Notes under the pieces: generated by a model | Seen by the model: only the letters and a program-made list of their open reading frames with translations | The model's database searches: none | Told to the model about the DNA's origin: nothing | Made by a program: the position numbers and the translations under genes | NCBI RefSeq assembly: GCF_009914755.1 | Contig: NC_060933.1 | Source of the DNA: the human T2T-CHM13v2.0 reference genome, Homo sapiens | Strand: one strand, 5' to 3' | DNA: 64,000 nucleotides | In this document: positions 51,726-64,000 of the stretch, piece after piece | Layout of the letters: each line of letters opens with the position of its first letter | Numbering within the stretch: the stretch's first letter is position 1

Positions 51726-51794
51726 ATGAACCGACTCTTCGGGAAAGCGAAACCCAAGGCTCCGCCGCCCAGCCTGACTGACTGCATTGGCACG
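51726..51794 (+). CDS. CHMP5: CHMP5 coding exon 1 ([23 protein letters not shown])
   Basis: aagATGa start, ESCRT-III Vps60/CHMP5 N-terminus, gtgggc donor. Confidence 0.96.
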
Positions 51795-52656
51795 GTGGGC
51801 ATTTGATCATGCATAAGTAGGCTCAGGACCTCTGACACACCCGACCCCGCCCACCCCCAGCCCCGGGCCCATATTCTTCCACTTCATTTCGGGTCCTGGG
51901 CCCCTTACACGTCGTCCCTCTCTATCTCACCTTCTCCCCTTCATCCCTGTTACCCAAGTCATTCCTAACGCCACAAACCAGGGAACCCCTAACCCCATCA
52001 CTGCCTTGCCCTGCCAGCACCCAACCCGTTTTGATGCCCATTGCCCGTCCACTCGCTCTCGCCTTGATCCTCTCACCTCACCCAGCCCTAGGCCCATACA
52101 CCCTTCCCACCTCATCCTGCCTGATCCCTTACCCTTCTTCCATCTGTCATCCCCAGTCCACATCAGGACTCAGCTTGATATCCTAGGTCAACATATCTGT
52201 GCCTTCGTCCTGGATCTCAGTAACACAAAACTCAGAACCCTAGCCCCTCAGATTAAGCCACCATCCCCGATTTAGGGAATGGCATTAGATCTACAATCAG
52301 CTGGTTTCACTTGGCACTGGCCCATTTCATGTGCCTCTTGGAGGAACTCTCAGCCTGGCTAGTCTCTGATTCTAGGGAAATTCCAACTCAACTCAGTGAT
52401 TCTCAAATTATTTTCTGCCCCAACCCACTTGAAGGCTACCTGGTATATCAGAATCGGGGCAGTGTGGCGGGGGGTAAGAGAATAATTTATAAAGCCCAGG
52501 GTTTCTGGTTGGGAATACCCTTCTTTGTGAACCACTGTTTTTCACCCTTCCCCTTAAGCTCCTCTTTTCTTCCTCTGTATTCCTTCCTCTCTACCTGCCC
52601 CTTCTGGAATAAGTGTATTGCAGTAACTACCAGTGCATTTGATATTTTCCCCTAAG

Positions 52657-52761
52657 GTGGACAGTAGAGCAGAATCCATTGACAAGAAGATTTCTCGATT
52701 GGATGCTGAGCTAGTGAAGTATAAGGATCAGATCAAGAAGATGAGAGAGGGTCCTGCAAAG
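52657..52761 (+). CDS. CHMP5: CHMP5 coding exon 2
   Basis: [35 protein letters not shown] with aag and gtaagg boundaries. Confidence 0.96.
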
Positions 52762-52837
52762 GTAAGGTGGGCAGCAACTGCTGCACAAGGTGCTGGCAGA
52801 GCCTAGTTTTAGCACCTATAGAAATAGGGCCTAGTTC

Positions 52838-53125
52838 GGCTGGGCGCAGTGGCTCATGCATGTAATCCCAGCACTTTGGGAGGCTGAGGCGGGTGGATCA
52901 CGAGGTCAGGCATTTGAGACTAGCCTGGCCAACATAGCGAAACCCTGTCTCTACTGAAAATACAAAAACTTAGCTGGGCATGGTGGCAGGCGCCTGTAAT
53001 CCCAGCTACTCAGGAGGCTGAGGCAGGAGAATCGCTTGAACCTGGGAGGCGGAGGTTGCAGTGAGCAGAGACCACACCGTAGCACTCTAGCCCGAGTGAC
53101 AGTGTGAGACTCCGTCTCAAAAAAT
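52838..53125 (+). mobile_element. AluS
   Basis: Alu consensus. Confidence 0.92.
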
Positions 53126-54499
53126 AAGTGAAATAGGACCTAGTGCAGGGGCTGTGAGCATCCCTACAGAAGAGATGCTTACAGTCTGGTAAGGAGAAAA
53201 CATGTGAGGGTGTATCCTTTAGGGAGGAGAGTTTGCAATCAAATATGGAAGGGAGGCTGGGGATTGATCTGGTGGAAAGAGATGCTGGTCACACGTCTAA
53301 AAGCATGTACATGAGAATTAGCATATTATACTGAGAAGGTGGTAATCTGGAGAGGAAGACTAGGCTGTGCTCAAGATCAATGACTTGCTAAGCTGGTCAG
53401 GTTAGGTTGGTATATTAGACTGCTTAAGGAGTGGCCTGCTGGGAAAAACTGAACTAGGCATCTGGGACCAGTGTTCTAATACACTGTCACTGCCTTCTAG
53501 TTGTGACCTTGATAAAGTCACTTATTTTCCACTCCTGTTAGGTAGAAACATAAAATACTGTGTTTAAGCACATGGACTGTGGATATAGAACTACCTTGTT
53601 TTTTCCAGATCCATAACTTATTAACCATGTGAGCCTGGGTATCACTGAACCTCTCTTTCCCCATCTGTAAAACAGAGATAATACCCACCTTACAGTATGA
53701 GGATTAAATGAGGTAATTGATGTGACCTGTGTACCACTATGTCTAGGATAAAGTAGTACTCAGTAAATATGAGTTATGATCATCTGTGAAGTAATAATAC
53801 CTGTTTTTCCTTCCTCACTGGAGAAGACAAATAAAATGATCTACAGAATTCTATAGAAAAGGAAGGCTTTTCCCAGCCATCTTAGTGGATGGTGTGGAAT
53901 GAAGAGCAACCAGAGGTAGGAAAGCCCATTTAGATTTGAGACAATGAAAGCCCAAACCATGGTGGTAGGAAACCAAAGAATCAGTTTGAAAGTGAGTTCT
54001 GAAATCAGCTAACAGGATGACTGTGCATGAAGAAACAACAGAAAGAGGAAAGATAAGGTTGATAAAAAGGTTTTCAACCTAGAGAGGTGAGAGATTGGTG
54101 GGCCATTGTTACTTATTTCAAAGGTGAGATAAGGTTCAGGAGTTTGGAATTGTTGAGGTTAAGTTGATGGGCTGTACAAGTGAAGAATCTCCCTAAGGCA
54201 ACTGGATATACAGACTCAGCACTTTTGGGGCTAGAGGCAGAGATAATATGCATTAGGAAAAGAGAAAGTAGTTGAGGACTCTGGGATGTGGGATGCAAAG
54301 ACAGATAGGAGCAAAGGCTTAAAGACTGGACCTTAGAGATACCTGTTTTTGGGAGGGGAAGTACAGAATCCAGGAGCCATTATGCCTACTACTTTGAAGA
54401 AGAGAGGAAGTAGGCATGTGAGTTTGAGGCTATGGGAAATTTCTTTTACCGTATATGTGTTTTCCACCTTATTTTTATTAAATCTGTTTTTCTCTCCAG

Positions 54500-54546
54500 A
54501 ATATGGTCAAGCAGAAAGCCTTGCGAGTTTTAAAGCAAAAGAGGAT
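54500..54546 (+). CDS. CHMP5: CHMP5 coding exon 3
   Basis: NMVKQKALRVLKQKRM with ccag and gtaagt boundaries. Confidence 0.96.
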
Positions 54547-54714
54547 GTAAGTTACACACACAATTTCTACCTCTAGCAGGTTTAACTAAAAGAGAAATGG
54601 TCTTCCATTCCTTCAGGTTTTCATACTATTTTCTAAGCACTCTTGATTTAATTACAAATTTTCATTGACGTGTAATTAAATACAGTTAGCTGGGTTGTTA
54701 TCTGTTGTAACAAC

Positions 54715-54910
54715 TTCCATCTAAATAGAACTTTTTGCCATGATGGAGATGCTCTATATCTGTGTGTTCAATACAGTAGCTATTAGCAACATGTGGCTAT
54801 TGAGCACTTGAAATGTGGCTAGTGTGACTAAGGAAATGAAGTTTAAATTTTATTCAATTTAAATAATTTAAGTAGCCTTATATGGTTAGTGACTACTGTT
54901 TTGGACTGAC
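54715..54910. mobile_element. MER3-like hAT transposon
   Basis: aatagaactttttgccatgatgga...catgtggctattgagcacttgaaatgtggctagtgtgac. Confidence 0.75.
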
Positions 54911-55869
54911 CAGATCTGTAGGGTTTGGTTTTCCTATTATTTATTTTAGAGTGTACCTTTTTTGTTTTTGTTTGTGAAGTTAGGAATCCTAAATGTTTGT
55001 TCCCTCCCACCAGAATAAATTTAAAGATCCTTAATTTGTTTTAGGTGACTATGTCCCAATTTTGAGCAGAAGCTAACTAGTATCTTTGGTGCCTACCTCT
55101 GTAGACTGTTCAGCTGATGAGATCCTCTGCAGGGTTATAGAGGTCAGGTATAATTAGCTATCGAGGAGCCAGAAAGATTGTCAGTGTCTCTCTTCCTATA
55201 TTAAAATGACTTTTTATAAGATACCAGATGCCATCTTCCTCCTTTTAGATTAGATCAAATTGGAAAAAGAAATTGTAATGCCTAGACTGGTGAGGGTGTG
55301 GTGAAATGATTTACCTTCTTAATTGGTGGCATTGCTAGTTTTAAGTAACCTTTTTTGTTATAAAAAGAATATAGGTTCATTGTAGAAACTTGGAAAATAC
55401 ATAAATATGAACAGAAGAAAATAAAATTTACCTAGATTCTTACTACTAGAAATAACCACCTTTAAAATGCTAATTTCTTCCAGTTTCTTTCCTCTGCTTC
55501 TGCATACGTGGTATGTGTGCATATAACTTTTTAGAAGAAATGAAATTGTAGTGTGTATATGTAGGTTTTCCTTTTCCACTTAATGTTATATCATGAGCAT
55601 CTCCCTGTTCTTTTAAATATTCTTTGGAAACTTTACACTTTTTAATGAGATTATAATATTCTACCATTTGCTTGCACCATGAACGGACCATTCTTTTTCT
55701 AGTTGGATAGTTAGATTGTTTCCAATATTGTATAAAGAACATAGTGACATAAGTCTTTGAGGTAATATTATAATTTGATATAAAACTGTATTTTAAAAAC
55801 ATTTTGAACACCACACATTAGGTCAGATGGATTACCTAATTATGGGTGCAAAATTAATAAAACACCTGG

Positions 55870-56630
<761 letters not shown>

Positions 56631-56699
56631 GATATGCAGCAACACAGAAAAAAGCAAATGCTATAATGTTAAGTGGAAAATAGTGTTATAACTAAAATA

Positions 56700-57053
56700 C
56701 AGTCATGTGCTGCATAACAATGTTTTTGTCAATGAATGACAGAACAGACTGCATTATACCACTCTGGCCCCTATAAGGTTATAATACTGTATTTTTACTG
56801 TACCTTTTCTATAGGATGTTTAGATACACAAATACCATTGTGTTACAATTGGCTACAATATTCAGTACAGTAACATGCTGTACAGGTTTGTAGCCTAGGA
56901 GCAAGCAGTAGGCTATATCATATAGCTTAGGTGAATAGTGGGCTATACCACCTAGGTTTGTGTAAATACATTGTCTGATGTTTGCACAATGATGAAAGTG
57001 CCTAACAACATATTTCTCAGAACATATCCCCATTGTTAAGCGATGCATGACTG
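56700..57053. mobile_element. Tigger3-family non-autonomous element with TIRs and TA target duplication
   Basis: ta-CAGTCATGTGCTGCATAACAATG ... CATTGTTAAGCGATGCATGACTG-ta. Confidence 0.8.
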
Positions 57054-57269
57054 TACATGCAAAGGAAAAAGACTGGAGGGACACATCAAATGATATTTGT
57101 GTTAGAGTGATTAAATTGTTTTTGCCAGTTTTTCTGCGTGATACCTAATTTTTAAGTTTTTTGTTCCGTTGTTTTTTTTTTAAATACTCTTATTTAGTGT
57201 GGGGATACTTTGTTCTTGAGGATTTCTATCTGGTTCATATATTTGCCATTCTCAATTGACTCTAAAAAG

Positions 57270-57363
57270 GTATGAGCAGCAGCGGGACAATCTTGCCCAA
57301 CAGTCATTCAACATGGAACAAGCCAATTATACCATCCAGTCTTTGAAGGACACCAAGACCACG
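57270..57363 (+). CDS. CHMP5: CHMP5 coding exon 4
   Basis: [31 protein letters not shown]. Frame is consistent, but the splice sites are weak. Confidence 0.95.
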
Positions 57364-57446
57364 GTACTCCCAAAACACCTTTTCCTGTTATTTCATTTAT
57401 TTATTCTTATTCTCTTTTCCGATGGCTTTTTAAAGACAGTTTAACC

Positions 57447-57740
57447 AGCCAGGCACAGTGGCTCACGCCTGTAATCCCAACACTTTGGGAGGCTGAGGTG
57501 GGTGGATCACCTGATGTCAGGAGTTTGAGACCAGCCTGACCAACATGGTGAAACCCTGCCTCTACTAAAAATACAAAAATTAGCTGGGTGTGGTGGCGTG
57601 CACCTGTAATCCCAGCTACCTGGGAGTCTGAGGCAGGAGAATCACTTGAACCCAGGAGGCGGAGGTTGCAGTGAGCCATTGCACTCCAGCCTGGGCAGCA
57701 AGAGTGCAACTCTGTCTCAAATAAATAAATAAATAAATAA
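57447..57740 (+). mobile_element. AluS filling most of the short CHMP5 intron 4
   Basis: Alu consensus with TSD AAAGACA(G/A)TTTAACCA. Confidence 0.92.
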
Positions 57741-57798
57741 AGACAATTTAACCAACATGACTTACTAAAACATTGTGTTTTCTTCTTCCTTTTCTTAG

Positions 57799-57870
57799 GT
57801 TGATGCTATGAAACTGGGAGTAAAGGAAATGAAGAAGGCATACAAGCAAGTGAAGATCGACCAGATTGAG
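57799..57870 (+). CDS. CHMP5: CHMP5 coding exon 5
   Basis: [24 protein letters not shown] with ttag and gtgaga boundaries. Confidence 0.96.
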
Positions 57871-58064
57871 GTGAGACATATGCTAGTTTCTGCAAGAATG
57901 TGCACTAGTTTCTGAGAGAATCCAAACGAGTGTGCATGTGATAGGAAGAGCACAGGAGAGGAACTGAATCTTGGGGCTGCCATTTACTAGTAGAGTAACT
58001 TCGAGAAAGGGTACCAAATGTCTCAGTTTCCTCAGTGCAAGGATCCTAATACCACATACAGTTA

Positions 58065-58425
58065 CAGACAGTCCCCGATTTAAGACGGTTCAACTTAACG
58101 ATTTTTCAGTTTGATGATGGTGCGAAAACTATATGCATTCAGTAGAAACCATACTTTGAGTATCCACGTAACCATTCTGTTTTTCAGTTTCCATACAATA
58201 TTTAATAAATTACATGAGATACTCAACACTTTATTATGAAATAGGCTGTTAGATGATTTTGCCCAACTGTAGGCTAATGTAAGTGTTCTGAGCACAATTA
58301 AGGTAGGCTAGGCTAAGTGATGGTTCAGTAAGTTAGGTGTATTGAATGCACTTTCTACTTAAGATATTTTGAACTTAAGATGGGTTTATCAGGATGTAAC
58401 CCTATCATAAGTCAAGGAACTTCTA
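58065..58425 (-). mobile_element. MER47-like Tigger derivative
   Basis: cagacagtccccgatttaagacggttcaacttaacg...gatgggtttatcaggatgtaaccctatcataagtcaagga. Confidence 0.78.
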
Positions 58426-59168
58426 TATTATGAGGATGAAATAAATGAGCTAGTATCTCTACACACACAATGCCTGGCCTATGATAAGCATCCAGTAGTT
58501 ACTTTTAACTAATTCGATGATATTTAGTCTGTTTCTTCGATGGTAGTGGTGTTGTTGCCTATTCCCAGGATTGTCATGAGTGTTAAATGAAGGTATGTAG
58601 GTAAAGTGTATGTAAAATGTTTAACCCAACTCCTGGCGTGGTAGACTTGGTTCCCTTTTCTAGTAATTCTCTTTAGATTTTTAATAATAATGTCATTAGT
58701 TCCTTAAAGTTAGCATTTCTTATTGGAATTGGGTTTTGACCAGGGAGATGAGCCCTAAGAGCTTGGCAGCTCTCAGCTGTCAGATGAACAGCCCAGGTGG
58801 CAAGAAGAGATAGCAGAGGGAGTGAGTGGTGACTGGTCAGAGGAGAGAGGCTTCCTTTCTGCATATAAAATGGCGCTCTTGACCTTTACCCCCCTGACTA
58901 GAATGTCCATTTCCTTGAATGCAGGGACTTGATTTTGTTCACTACTGTGTCCCCAGTGCCCATAACAATGCCCTGCCATGGTTGGTGCTCAGAAAGTATT
59001 TGCTGGTTGATGAATCAGAGGCTATAAAGGGAGATAAAGCAAAAAAAAAAAAAAAAGAGAGAAAGCAGTACGGCCTGATTCAAGCAGTGTTTGTTAAAAT
59101 ACCAGGCATTTTATTGCCTCTGCAAAGATATTCTCTCATAAAGCTGATCTTTAGTAAGAGTGAAGGCA

Positions 59169-59948
<780 letters not shown>

Positions 59949-60734
59949 TAAAATATAATGAAATGCAATGGTATTTTCTGCTTTTAGGGTTCCTTGTGTT
60001 TTAATTAAAGCTATTTAATAGGAACAAAAGAGAAACTTTGGTCTTGGTGAATGCTTTGTATGTCTCTTCGTCTTTCACCTGTGGTTGTCTGTCTGTCTCC
60101 CTGCCTAATTATCCTTTTCCTGTCCTCCAATAGATTGCCAGCATGACAGGTGGAGAGCCCCTTTAACTCTTTTGGTGTGTATGTGTCTTTGGTTAGATCG
60201 AATTTTTTGGTCAGATTTATTTTCCTAAAATGCTTTACTTAGAAAATATTTTCATTGTTTTATAGCTTTAACTTTTTATTTTGCTGTTGTGTGTGTGTAG
60301 GTCTGTTTTTCTTCTGCTTTTTCAGTTGCTGCATATCACTTTGTCAATGTTCTTTTTAGCTTAGTGCTTTTTTTTTTTATATTGCTTTTGTTTGTTTATA
60401 CAATAGAGAACCAGTTAATGGTTTGTGGGATAAATTTTTTCTGTGTCTATCCTGGAGTCTTGCTAGGAATCCTATTCATAGATGATCCGGGAAGATGTGT
60501 CTTGATGTGTAATACTATTGTATAAGCTTGACTTGATTAGCTTTCTCTATGTTATTTTCATTGTCTTTAATTATTACTCAGCCAGTGCTTCTCTGTGTAG
60601 CAGAGTGTTAAATATGCATATAATTTGGCAGTTTGGTACTTGGAAATACAGAAAATCAAAGTTTAAAAAAAAAATTTCCCCTCCATTTTACTACCCTTTT
60701 CACCTTTCACCTTTATGGGGGCCAGGAAGGAATT

Positions 60735-61561
<827 letters not shown>

Positions 61562-61741
61562 AGATATGGCTATTAATAATTCCATTTTACAGATGAGGAA
61601 AATAAGGCTTAGAGACATTACTTCTCATTGAGTAATGGCAAAATTGAACTTGGGTATATCTGACTCCAGAGTCTCACTCCTAACCATTATACCAGCTGCC
61701 CTTTGTTATGCTATACCACTTCTTAGATTGGTTTCATATTA

Positions 61742-61949
61742 CAGTTTACCCTTGAACAGCAAATGCAGTTTGAACTGCACGAGTCACTTATATGCAGATA
61801 TTTTTCAACCAAACGAGGATCGAAAATATAGTGTTTGCAGGATGCGAAACCACCCATATGGAGGACCAACTGGGGACTTGGGTGTGGGCAGATTTTGGTA
61901 TAGACAGACATCCTGGAACCAATCCCTTGCGTGTACCAAGGGACAACTG
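61742..61949. mobile_element. MER8/Tigger2-like element
   Basis: TIR-like ends cagtttacccttg ... caagggacaactg. Confidence 0.7.
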
Positions 61950-62393
61950 CATTTTTAGCCTTGTAGTAATCTCCCAGTTAAGCACAGGTAGATTATTCAC
62001 ACAGGGTTTATGCCCTTGGTCCATTTTTTTCACCAGCCTTGTCTTGGCTGTGACACCTATCCTGATTCCCTTTCTGATTCTCCATCCAGGGTGGGCCCAT
62101 GTACAACTCACTTTTTGTACCACTTCAGTTGTTTCTACTCTTGCCTCCTTTCTCTACACAGTGTAATCTGTCTTTCGCTGACTTGAGAAGAATAATTTGC
62201 TTGTCTCAGTAACCTCCCTGTCTTCATTAACTAGAAAATGATTGACAGTTTAGATCAAGATAATTGCTTGATTTAATGTTTCAAGTAAAACTTTCTGTAA
62301 TAGTAGACAGCTGACAATCATCTATTCTCACATAGGACTTTGGGCTTCCATGAGGCACTTTAAAATCAAATCCAGCCGGGCACAGTAGCTCAT

Positions 62394-63860
<1,467 letters not shown>

Positions 63861-64000
63861 GAATAGTTGGCAAATACTTAGTGTGCATCTACTCTATGCC
63901 AGGTACTCTACTAGGTGGTGGGAATTTAGCACTGAATAAAAATGCAGCCCCTACATTCATGAACCTTCTCTAGCAGTGGAAGACATAAATGGTTTGCTTC

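Overview
Human (primate) genomic DNA, dense in Alu, L2, MIR, LTR and DNA-transposon remnants. The gene order matches SPINK4-BAG1-CHMP5 (9p13.3, from recall). I reconstructed three spliced genes by hand. SPINK4 (+) has 4 coding exons at 26924-35188 giving an 86-aa secreted Kazal inhibitor, with a TATA promoter and AATAAA. BAG1 (-) has 7 coding exons at 51321-41870 giving 345 aa from a CTG start, with downstream in-frame ATG starts. CHMP5 (+) coding exons 1-6 lie at 51726-63210 and the gene runs off the window. BAG1 and CHMP5 share a CpG-island bidirectional promoter. Most of the supplied ORF track is Alu, repeat or GC noise. The best leads are: (1) an Alu whose 19-bp target-site duplication copied the BAG1 exon-2 splice donor; (2) a 9x33-bp hairpin minisatellite between the SPINK4 and BAG1 3' ends carrying an RBPJ/CSL consensus site in every unit; (3) a candidate in-frame cassette exon in BAG1 intron 6; (4) a cryptic acceptor followed by a YGCY cluster in CHMP5 intron 5; (5) an LTR-borne ATG frame with a strong donor far upstream of SPINK4; (6) an L2-derived distal BAG1 polyA signal. 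Repeat family names are by eye and their boundaries are approximate.
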